DNA of 59,908 nucleotides, the filler included. It is 9 parts of 9 records of this genome, joined end to end, with 100 filler letters (N's around TTAATTAATTAA, not from the genome) between each part and the next. Parts side by side here need not be neighbours in the genome. Positions count along the whole stretch, not along the records: positions 47,132 to 52,184 come from SRR31147125_42964; positions 52,285 to 59,908 come from SRR31147125_42968; 7 more parts are not named here. One strand, written 5' to 3'. Both the position numbers and the translations under genes were made by a program. Positions 51,898 through 59,908 of this stretch are shown here, piece by piece (positions within the stretch are counted from its first letter, which is position 1; each line of letters opens with the position of its first letter). The notes below the pieces were generated by a model. That model was not told where the DNA came from. It ran no database searches and worked only from the letters and a program-made list of their open reading frames with translations.

Positions 51898-52184
51898 ATG
51901 GCATACGTAGGCAGAGGCGGTGAAAAACTTGAATGGGCACTCAAAGAGTTTGCTGTAGACCCCAAGGGACTTGTCTGCTGTGACCTCGGGAGCAATGTAG
52001 GAGGTTTTGTCGATTGTCTCCTCCAACAGGGTGCAACAAAGGTATACTCTGTCGATACTTCATACGGTACTCTCGCCTGGACTCTGCGCAACGACGAGCG
52101 GGTTGTAGTAATGGAACGGACAAATGCGCTCCATGTAGAACTTCCGGAGAAAGTTGATCTGGTGACTTGTGATGTGGGCTGGAT
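51898..52184 (+). CDS. tlyA: TlyA-family rRNA methyltransferase lacking the S4 domain (3' truncated)
   Basis: YVGRGGEKL, DLGSNVGGFVDCLLQQGATKVYSVD, LRNDERVVVMERTNA. Confidence 0.85.
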
Positions 52185-52284
52185 NNNNNNNNNNNNNNNN
52201 NNNNNNNNNNNNNNNNNNNNNNNNNNNNTTAATTAATTAANNNNNNNNNNNNNNNNNNNNNNNNNNNNNNNNNNNNNNNNNNNN
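52185..52284. other. Artificial contig linker
   Basis: 44 N + TTAATTAATTAA + 44 N. Confidence 0.99.
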
Positions 52285-52733
52285 TATTAATGACTTATGC
52301 TGAAGTTGAATTTATTCTTGCCGAAGCAGCACAACGTTATGCCAGCATTGATAATGCACAAGAGCATTACGAAAATGGTATTGCTGCTTCTTTTGAATAT
52401 TGGGGAGAATCTCTTCCATCAGATTATTTAACACGTACATCGAATGATGCTGAATGGACTGTTCCTGTGGCATATGATGGAAACTTAGAGACAATCATTA
52501 CACAAAAATGGTTGGCTCTTCTTTATACAGATTACCAAGGTTTTTGCGAATTTAAGAGAACGGGTTATCCATCAGTAATCAAACCTGGCCCTGATGCTTT
52601 CTTACCTGTTTATCCAAGTCGTTTTGTTTATCCTGATGAAGAACAAAGTTTAAATGCAGAAAGCAGAAATGCTGCTATTAGCAGACAAGGCGATGACGCA
52701 ATCTCAACAAAAGTATGGTGGGAAGGCGATTAA
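52285..52733 (+). CDS. SusD/RagB-like outer-membrane lipoprotein, C-terminal fragment
   Basis: YAEVEFILAEAA, IITQKWLAL, KRTGYP, RFVYP..EQSLN, KVWW. Confidence 0.9.
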
Positions 52734-52782
52734 TTTTTGGCTTTGCTTCGTAGTAACAGATATTTAAATTTAGGTTTATTAG

Positions 52783-52812
52783 AAAAGGTCGTTCGGTTGA
52801 GCGGCCTTTTTT
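52783..52812 (+). terminator. Intrinsic terminator
   Basis: AAGGTCGTTC-GGTT-GAGCGGCCTT followed by a T-tract. Confidence 0.75.
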
Positions 52813-52974
52813 GTGTTTATCAATTAACTAAATACATAGTTGTTAGCAATTCAATTGCAAGCATTAAAAAATGATAGGATGCCATTACGTGTCAAACTAA
52901 TACATTTTTAATGTTTTCCAAACATTATACTAACATTAAAATTTTAGTTTTCGCATTTTCAAAATTACAGGAAA

Positions 52975-54307
52975 ATGCAAGACTCAAGAATAACTCGTTG
53001 GCTTACGAAACATCAAAACGATTACTTTTTTGTAATCTATGCATCAGTAGCTGCTTTTATGGTTTATTTCTGTATGTATGCATTTAGAAAGCCTTTTGCT
53101 GTTGCCATGTTCGATGGATTAACCATATGGGGTTTGAACTATAAAATTGTTCTAATAATATCACAGGTTAGTGGTTATGCTCTTTCTAAGTTTATAGGAA
53201 TAAAAGTAATTTCTGAAATGAAGCCATCAAAAAGGGCAATGCTTATAGTTATTTTTCTTTTATTGGCAGAAACCGCATTACTCCTTTTTGGACTCGTAAA
53301 ACCCCCTTATAATTTCTTTTTTTATTTCTCAATGGTATCCCATTAGGGATGATTTGGGGGCTGGTATTTTCGTATCTCGAAGGTCGCCGTACAACGGAAA
53401 TTTTGGCAGCTTGCCTGAGTGTTAGTTATATTTTTTCTACAGGTACTGTAAAAAGCGTGGGTAAATGGGCGATTGTAGAATTTGGTGTAAGTGATTTCTG
53501 GATGCCGTTTGTAACAGGTGCTATTTTTGTTGTTCCTTTATTAATTTCGATTTGGTTATTAAATCAAATTCCTGCACCGAATACACAAGATAAAAATCAA
53601 CGTGTTGAGCGCGTTCCGATGACAAAAAAAGACAGGTATTCTTTATTTTTAAAGTTAGCGCCCGGATTGTTTGTACTTATTTCATTCTTTTTCTTGCTAA
53701 CAGCATACAGGGATTTTAGAGATAATTTTGCAGTAGAGATATGGTCGCATTTAGGATATGGCGATAAAATAGATGTGTTTGCCAAATCTGAAATTCCGGT
53801 TTCGATAATTGTATTGGCTTTGCTGGGTTTATTTTTTTGGTTAAAGAAAATGTTTCAGCTGTTCGATTAATGCTAATCACCATGTCAATTGGAATTGCTT
53901 TATTAGGTATTAGTACTATTCTATTTGAGCAAGGAATTATGAAATCCCCCATGGTTTGGATGATTTGTATTGGAACAGGATTATATATTGCGTATGTACC
54001 TCATGGGAGTATGCTTTTCGAGCGTATAGTGGCTTTGTTTCGGTTTAAAGGAAATGCCGGGTATTTAATTTATCTTGCTGATTCTTTTGGTTATTTAGGT
54101 AGCGTGTTTGTGTTATTGTACAAAGAATTTTTTTTTGGAGAACTATCAATATACAGTTTCTTTTTGCGGTTTAGTTATTTAATATTTTTTACGGGAATAG
54201 GTGCATTACTTTTCTCTAATGTATATTTTATCGCTAAATATAAAAGAAGCACAAATAGGAACACGGAGACTGTCCAGGATTTAGAATTAGCTCCCCAGGT
54301 AAAATAG
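52975..54307 (+). CDS. DUF5690-family MFS-like membrane protein, two frameshifts
   Basis: YFCMYAFRKPF, GYALSKFIGIK, LGMIWGLVFSYLEGRR, YRDFRDNF, YLADSFGYLGS. Breaks lie in T-runs at 53317-53323 and 53832-53838. Confidence 0.85.
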
Positions 54308-54327
54308 GTTAATTCAAATATCAGGAT

Positions 54328-54361
54328 AAAAAAAGAGGTAATTGCATGCAAATTACCTCTT
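54328..54361 (-). terminator. Intrinsic terminator
   Basis: AAGAGGTAATT...AATTACCTCTT preceded by an A-run on + (U-tract on -). Confidence 0.75.
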
Positions 54362-54382
54362 CATATTTTTGTTATGATTCTA

Positions 54383-55348
54383 TTAATTAATTTCCTCAAA
54401 TATTTTATTCCATTTTTCAGCAGGAATTTTTGCTCCCACCTGTTCAATTACATTACCAGCCAGAATAGAACCGTATTTACCACAATCACTAAGAGAAGCC
54501 TCGGTAATTAATCCAAATAGAAATCCAGCAGCATATAAATCTCCTGCACCAGTAGTGTCAACCGCTTTTACTTTTATAATATCTACTTTGACTTTTTCTT
54601 CGCCACGTTTTATTAACGAACCTTTTTCACCAATTTTTACGACTGCAATCTCACAATTTTTTGAAATGGTTTCAAGGGCATCATCAGGTTCTTGTCCGGT
54701 TAATGCTTTTGCTTCTTCCTCGTTGGCAAAAACATAATCCACATAATCTTTTATCATGGATACGAGAAATTCACGGTTCTCTTCAACAATATTATAACTG
54801 GCCAGGTCGATAGAAACTTTTAGCCCCAGCTTTTTTGCCATGGCAAGTGCATTTTCTATCAACTCTTTATTTTGAACAAGGTATCCCTCAATATGCAAAA
54901 TAGTGTATTGGCTAAAGACATCTTCTAATAAATCATCTTTTGTTAGTTCAATTGCAGAACCTAGAAATGTGGCAAAAGTCCTTTCACTATCAGGGCTTAT
55001 GAGTGCCATTGCCTTGCCTGTTTCGTTCTTACCTAGAGATAAATGAGGTTGTATTTTATTTTCAGTTAAGTCAGTTTTAAAGAAATCACCATGATTATCA
55101 CTTCCTACTTTTCCCAAATAACCAGTTTTTGCACCCAATTTTGCAAGACCATGGATAGTGTTAGCTGCACTTCCACCAGAATTAAAAAATATTTTGGCAG
55201 GATCTATTTCGGCAAGAATACCATTAACAACATCAATACTTGAAAGTTGCATGCTACCTTTTGGTAAGTTAAATTTTCCAAGTAACTCTTCATTCTCCAT
55301 TGGCACTAAAATATCTACAAGTGCGTTTCCAATACCTAAAATTTTCAT
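54383..55348 (-). CDS. PfkB-family kinase (adenosine kinase-like)
   Basis: GIGNALVD, GGSAAN, FANEEEA, VDTTGAGDLYAAGFL. Confidence 0.93.
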   Translation of the reverse strand: MKILGIGNALVDILVPMENEELLGKFNLPKGSMQLSSIDVVNGILAEIDPAKIFFNSGGSAANTIHGLAKLGAKTGYLGKVGSDNHGDFFKTDLTENKIQPHLSLGKNETGKAMALISPDSERTFATFLGSAIELTKDDLLEDVFSQYTILHIEGYLVQNKELIENALAMAKKLGLKVSIDLASYNIVEENREFLVSMIKDYVDYVFANEEEAKALTGQEPDDALETISKNCEIAVVKIGEKGSLIKRGEEKVKVDIIKVKAVDTTGAGDLYAAGFLFGLITEASLSDCGKYGSILAGNVIEQVGAKIPAEKWNKIFEEIN

Positions 55349-55901
55349 ACGAAATAGTTTTACCCAAATATAAAATATTCCCAAATAAATAATATCATAT
55401 ATTTTTATAGAAATACCCGATAGATGTAATTGACGACAGTAATTGTTTTGTTCTTTGATAAAATAAAAATAATGGTTGTGTTGAAATAAGAATTTTGCTA
55501 ATCAGTAAGTTAACACCCTATAGTTAATTTATTACTAATCTAATGTTAAGAATTTAATAGCGAAGTTTGAACCAAAATTTGTTTTTTTAGAAAAAAATTT
55601 TTAACTTGGCACTTGGATTTTTGATAGTAAAAGGATTAATTGTTTGGTTTATTGCTATAATAGTTAAGGTTTTACAATGCAAAACAGAGATCATAACATA
55701 TCATTTCGAAAACAATATATAGGTAGTATTTCCACTATTTATCAGCATAAAATATACTTTACAAGATATATACTATTCCTACTACTATTATTTAATTAAT
55801 TAAGGGAGCTTCTATTAATAACTATGGTATCTATTTCCAACATAACCTATGGCTTAACATTAATGCCTCTATTTTTCAACGTCTAACTTAAATTGCGAAT
55901 T

Positions 55902-56087
55902 ATGGAAACAAAAAAGGCAATTCAGAATCTTATTGATCAAAATCAATTTAAATCAGAAAATCTTTTAAAAATTAAACAGAACAGAAAAAATGTTCATGTT
56001 GATGAATATGAGATTTACTCAGAATTGGATTTTGGAGATGGATTCAACGCTTTTGATGATGATTTTTATGCAAATTATATGCATTAA
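55902..56087 (+). CDS. Small hypothetical protein with acidic C-terminus
   Basis: 61-aa ORF followed immediately by a strong terminator. Confidence 0.5.
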   Translation: METKKAIQNLIDQNQFKSENLLKIKQNRKNVHVDEYEIYSELDFGDGFNAFDDDFYANYMH

Positions 56088-56107
56088 TAAGACTGCAATA
56101 ATTTTTA

Positions 56108-56141
56108 GAGGTCACTACAATTATTTGTAGTGACCTTTTTT
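56108..56141 (+). terminator. Intrinsic terminator
   Basis: AGGTCACTACAA-TTAT-TTGTAGTGACCT followed by a T-tract. Confidence 0.85.
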
Positions 56142-56460
56142 GACTAAACCCATGAAATATTCCACACTTTATGAAAGGAAACAATTAAAGATTTGATGAT
56201 CATTCTGGAGCATTTAAATTGAATTGTTTTGTCGCAGCTAATCTGTTGTAACAAATCTTTGTACTTATTACACTTATTAAATTCACTTCGAAAAATGTAT
56301 TAGGAAGCATGAGTTAATTTATTCTATCCTTGATTAATGCTTTTTTCGAAATCATAAACTGCATATGTAAATTTTCTAAGTTATATAGCTGAAATTAAAT
56401 ATATTAATGTAACGATAATCAAGAAAAAAATTACAATTGTTTCAAAAATTGGTAATCCAT

Positions 56461-56468
56461 TAAATTTG
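56461..56468 (+). promoter_or_regulatory. Bacteroidota -7 promoter element (TAnnTTTG)
   Basis: TAAATTTG about 25 bp before ATG 56494. Confidence 0.5.
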
Positions 56469-56493
56469 CAGCTTTAAATTTATAAAGACAATT

Positions 56494-57303
56494 ATGGAAG
56501 TTGTTAGGGGAGACTTTTTTTTCTTAAACGGAAGTTGCTACAATGCCAAACAGATTGGTTGTTTTCTAAAACAAGGTTCCGTTCAGGTTTATGAAGTTTT
56601 CAGAATTATATCATCAAAGCCAGTATTTTTTAATGATCATATTGATAGATTAAAGACATCAATTCTTGGTACGAATTATAACATTCCAAAGCGATTAATT
56701 CCTGATATTATTGAAGGCACCAATCAAGTTGTTATGAAAAACAACATTGGGGATGGGAACATTAAAATTCTGGTGCAGTTGCTTGATGATAAAATTGATT
56801 GTTTCGTTTATTTCATACCCCATTTCTATCCTCAGGCTATTGACTATAAAGATGGTGTTTCTGTTGGTTTATTCAAATCTACAAGGAAAAACCCAAATGT
56901 GAAGGCCATTAATTTGATGCGGGAAAAATTCGCCACAATCTTTAAACAAGAAAAATTGTATGAGCTATTGTTGGTTAATGAAAAAGATGAAATAACCGAA
57001 GGCAGTCGATCAAACGTATTTTTTGTCGATTATGAGGATATTATTTATACAGCACCTGATAACTATGTATTAAAAGGTGTTACAAGAAAATACACTATTC
57101 AGATTTGCGAAGAAAACCAAATTCCGATAACATTTAAGTTCATTAAGACATCCGATCTCAAAAATTACAAATCAGCTTTTTTAACAGGTACATCTCCTAA
57201 GATTTTACCTATAAAAAACATTGAAAATATTACTTTTGACGTCAAATCTCCTCTTATGGTGAGATTGATGCAGGAATATGAAAAGATTCTAGCATCGGAT
57301 TAG
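56494..57303 (+). CDS. Aminotransferase class IV (BCAT/ADC lyase family)
   Basis: VYEVFR, HIDRL, ITEGSRSNVF, VLKGVTR, AFLTGT. Confidence 0.9.
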   Translation: MEVVRGDFFFLNGSCYNAKQIGCFLKQGSVQVYEVFRIISSKPVFFNDHIDRLKTSILGTNYNIPKRLIPDIIEGTNQVVMKNNIGDGNIKILVQLLDDKIDCFVYFIPHFYPQAIDYKDGVSVGLFKSTRKNPNVKAINLMREKFATIFKQEKLYELLLVNEKDEITEGSRSNVFFVDYEDIIYTAPDNYVLKGVTRKYTIQICEENQIPITFKFIKTSDLKNYKSAFLTGTSPKILPIKNIENITFDVKSPLMVRLMQEYEKILASD

Positions 57304-57324
57304 ATTAATCATAAAAAAATATTA

Positions 57325-58533
57325 ATGGTATACGATATAGTTATTGTTGGCGGAGGTATTGTAGGTTTAGCAACTGCTCTAAAACTAAAAGAAAAAAACA
57401 AGGATTTAAAAATTGCTGTTTTAGAAAAAGAAAATGAAGTTGCTCAACATCAAACAGGAAATAACAGCGGGGTAATTCATTCCGGACTTTATTACAGACC
57501 AGGGAGTTTAAAAGCTGTTAATTGCAGAAAAGGTTATCAAATGCTCCTTGATTTTTGTGATAAGGAAGGAGTTAAATATGATTTATGTGGAAAGATTGTT
57601 GTTGCAGCGCGCGAAAAAGATCTTCCACGGATGGAGGAATTATATAAAAGAGGTCTGGAAAATGGACTTGAGAATATCAAGAAAATAACGTCTGAAGAAA
57701 TAAAAGAAATTGAGCCACATTGCGATGGTCTGGCGGGTATTTGGGTTCCGTACACCGGGATTATTGACTTTTTAGAAGTTGCCAAAAAATATGCTGAAGT
57801 ATTTACACAACGATATGGTGGCGAAGTTTTGTTAAACCAAAAAGTTGTTGACATTAAGCTGAAAGGTGAAAAAGAGGCCGAGGTTATTACGCAGAATAAC
57901 ACCTACCAAACCAAAATGGTAGTGAACACGGCAGGTCTTTATTGCGATAAAATTGCGCGATTGAACATAAAAGACCTGGATTATAAAATAATTCCGTTCC
58001 GTGGTGAGTACAGCGACTTAAAAAAGGATAGCCATTACCTGGTTAAAAATCTAATTTACCCCGTACCTGATCCGGATTTACCATTCCTTGGAGTGCATTT
58101 CACTAGAATGATTAATGGTAAGTTCGAGGCTGGGCCAAATTCTGTTTGGGCATTTAAACGCGAAGGCTACAAGAAAACCGATATTTCTATTGGAGATATG
58201 TGGGATGCCTTATCGTGGAAGGGATTTAGAAAAGTAATATATAAGTATTGGAAGAGTATTGGATTAGGTGAATACTGGCGCTCATTTAACAAATATGCAA
58301 TGGTTAGGTCTTTGCAAAAGTTAATCCCGGAACTTAAAAAGTCGGATATTGAAAGAGGTGGAGCAGGTATTCGTGCACAGGCATGCGATAGGGATGGAAA
58401 GTTAATCGATGATTTCTTGATTATTGAAGACAGAAACGTAATGAATGTATTAAACGCACCATCGCCGGCAGCTACATCATCGCTATCAATTGGAGATACA
58501 ATTTCTGACAAGATTATCGAGAAAATAGGATAA
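57325..58533 (+). CDS. lhgO: L-2-hydroxyglutarate oxidase
   Basis: VGGGIVG, HQTGNNSGVIHSGLYY.PGSLKA, PFRGEY, YPVPDP..PFLGVHFT, NAPSPAATSSL. Confidence 0.93.
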   Translation: MVYDIVIVGGGIVGLATALKLKEKNKDLKIAVLEKENEVAQHQTGNNSGVIHSGLYYRPGSLKAVNCRKGYQMLLDFCDKEGVKYDLCGKIVVAAREKDLPRMEELYKRGLENGLENIKKITSEEIKEIEPHCDGLAGIWVPYTGIIDFLEVAKKYAEVFTQRYGGEVLLNQKVVDIKLKGEKEAEVITQNNTYQTKMVVNTAGLYCDKIARLNIKDLDYKIIPFRGEYSDLKKDSHYLVKNLIYPVPDPDLPFLGVHFTRMINGKFEAGPNSVWAFKREGYKKTDISIGDMWDALSWKGFRKVIYKYWKSIGLGEYWRSFNKYAMVRSLQKLIPELKKSDIERGGAGIRAQACDRDGKLIDDFLIIEDRNVMNVLNAPSPAATSSLSIGDTISDKIIEKIG

Positions 58534-58552
58534 AAAGAAACAGAATACTTCT

Positions 58553-58592
58553 ATAGCCTTATTGTTGTTTCTTTAATAATAAGGCTATTTTT
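58553..58592 (+). terminator. Hairpin/terminator after lhgO
   Basis: ATAGCCTTATTGTT...AATAATAAGGCTAT + TTTT. Overlaps a TAnnTTTG box for the next gene. Confidence 0.6.
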
Positions 58593-58612
58593 GTATCTAA
58601 ACATATAATGTA

Positions 58613-59302
58613 ATGAACAAGAAAATATTAGTAATTGCAGGTATTATTCTTTTTACTATAAATAATGTAAAATCCCAAAATGTATACCCAATTACAAGTG
58701 GTGAGTTTATTTTTTCGTTTGCAGACGTTGAGATGAACGAACAAGATGTGCCTGTTGATATGAGATTTTCACTGTTTTTCCATTACGGCCAATATTGGCA
58801 TTTTGATGTATTTAACAATTTAGGATTTTATACGGGTGGTGCTATCCGTAATGTGGGGTTTATTACCGATGAAGATAATTACAAAGTAAAGAGGCGATCA
58901 TACACATTGGGAGTTCCATTTGCTGTAAAACTGGGTTCTTTCAGAGATGGTATATTTATTTATGGTGGTGGTGAATACGAACTATTATTCCACTATAAGC
59001 AAAAGATATTTACGGATGGCGATAAAATAAAAACCAAAGAATGGTTTAGTAACAGAACCAATCGATTTGTGCCGTCTGTTTTTGCAGGTATACAATTCCC
59101 CAAAGGCATTAATATTCAATTCAAGTACTACCTGGATAATTTCTTAAATCCTGATTTTAAAGGAACAGATAATGGACAAGAAGTAGATTATTCTGATTTT
59201 AATAAGATGCAGCTATATTATATTTCATTATCAAAACAAATTAAAACCCAAAAAATTAGGAAAAAAGCCGTTGATAACGAATATATAGTAACCAACTATT
59301 AG
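58613..59302 (+). CDS. Secreted outer-membrane beta-barrel-like protein
   Basis: Signal peptide and alternating aromatic strands (YTLGVPFAVKLG, VFAGIQF, IQFKYYL). Confidence 0.7.
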   Translation: MNKKILVIAGIILFTINNVKSQNVYPITSGEFIFSFADVEMNEQDVPVDMRFSLFFHYGQYWHFDVFNNLGFYTGGAIRNVGFITDEDNYKVKRRSYTLGVPFAVKLGSFRDGIFIYGGGEYELLFHYKQKIFTDGDKIKTKEWFSNRTNRFVPSVFAGIQFPKGINIQFKYYLDNFLNPDFKGTDNGQEVDYSDFNKMQLYYISLSKQIKTQKIRKKAVDNEYIVTNY

Positions 59303-59442
59303 TGTCAAGTCAAGCTTAAAGTTTCGGGTATTCATTTTGCCCTCCATCACCCTTTATTTTCCTGAAGAGAACTGCCCACGAGTGAAAGAAAGGGGCTAAG
59401 GGTAAGTGTGTGAAAGCGATAAATTATGCTTGACTTGACAGT
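59301..59442. mobile_element. MITE / non-autonomous IS derivative (~140 bp)
   Basis: Terminal inverted repeats with a perfect 13-bp core, TGTCAAGTCAAGC (59303-59315) and GCTTGACTTGACA (59428-59440), 17/19 when extended. No ORF inside. Confidence 0.75.
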
Positions 59443-59528
59443 TCAATTTTAACACAAAAATTTTTAAAAATTTAGTCAACCTTTACTCCGTCGTTTTGTT
59501 TAATATATAAATATAAATGTTAAACATA

Positions 59529-59908
59529 ATGATAAAAAATATATCTTATAACAGCAAGGATGCAAGGGATGAGATTAATTCCATTGTAGGTGAATCCTAC
59601 ACTTGGTTTGATCGCATAAAAATGGGAGGTAATGGATCGCCAAAATTTAAGGTGATCCTGGCAAGTGATAAGATTAAACGACTTTTAGGTAAAAATTATA
59701 CAAATAATTATTGTACCATTGAACTACGCCCAAAGGGAATTATTATAAATTTTGGTTCGAGGCTTAAAACTTATGCTTGGGTAATACCCTACCATCAACT
59801 TACTTTATATAAACGAGACGATTCTTATAGTTTTTACGGTAAAAAAGAGTTTTTGCGCATTAAGAAGAATCTTAAAGATTCAATAAACCAAACTTTTATT
59901 GAAAGATT
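59529..59908 (+). CDS. Conserved Bacteroidota hypothetical protein (3' truncated)
   Basis: Open frame MIKNISYN..IVGE..RIKMGGNGSPK..CTIELRPKGII..IPYHQL to the window end. Confidence 0.7.
   Translation, partial: MIKNISYNSKDARDEINSIVGESYTWFDRIKMGGNGSPKFKVILASDKIKRLLGKNYTNNYCTIELRPKGIIINFGSRLKTYAWVIPYHQLTLYKRDDSYSFYGKKEFLRIKKNLKDSINQTFIER

Noticed and set aside
55792..55803. TTAATTAATTAA identical to the linker core
   Set aside because: No flanking Ns, and it lies in a very AT-rich intergenic region, so chance is the likeliest explanation.
1..59908. Functional links between genes on opposite sides of N-linkers, and ORFs running into the linkers
   Set aside because: The adjacency is artificial. 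The contigs differ in composition and apparent taxonomy.

Overview
This window is not one locus. It is nine contigs joined by identical 100-bp artificial linkers (44 N + TTAATTAATTAA + 44 N), and composition and gene style indicate several organisms (probably a metagenomic assembly). Contig 1 (1-7221): Zn-dependent dehydrogenase, thrABC and a fetAB-like ABC pair. Contig 2 (7322-17866): amidase, TerB, SAM methyltransferase, TPP-dependent 2-oxoacid decarboxylase, DUF1080, a UroD/MtaA-like protein and an SSS symporter, with two families of palindromic REP-like repeats. Contig 3 (17967-24284): a sugar/polyol catabolic operon. Contig 4 (24385-29990): a spirochaete-style carbohydrate ABC transporter operon. 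Contig 5 (30091-35545): an abnormal tRNA-Arg followed by a prophage end, where Mu-like baseplate and tail-fibre genes run directly into three signal-peptide-bearing proteins. Contig 6 (35646-40813) and contig 9 (52285-59908): Bacteroidota-like metabolic genes, with a ~140-bp MITE in contig 9. Contig 7 (40914-47031): Clostridia-like envelope genes. Contig 8 (47132-52184): phosphoglucomutase, a ~1230-aa pseudo-receiver/coiled-coil protein and an S4-less TlyA. Many genes are split by single-base homopolymer indels, which are most likely sequencing errors. The best novelty candidates are the secreted module in the phage tail operon, the tRNA/att junction, the coiled-coil protein and the covarying REP-like repeats. 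All product calls come from reading motifs by eye; no database searches were run.
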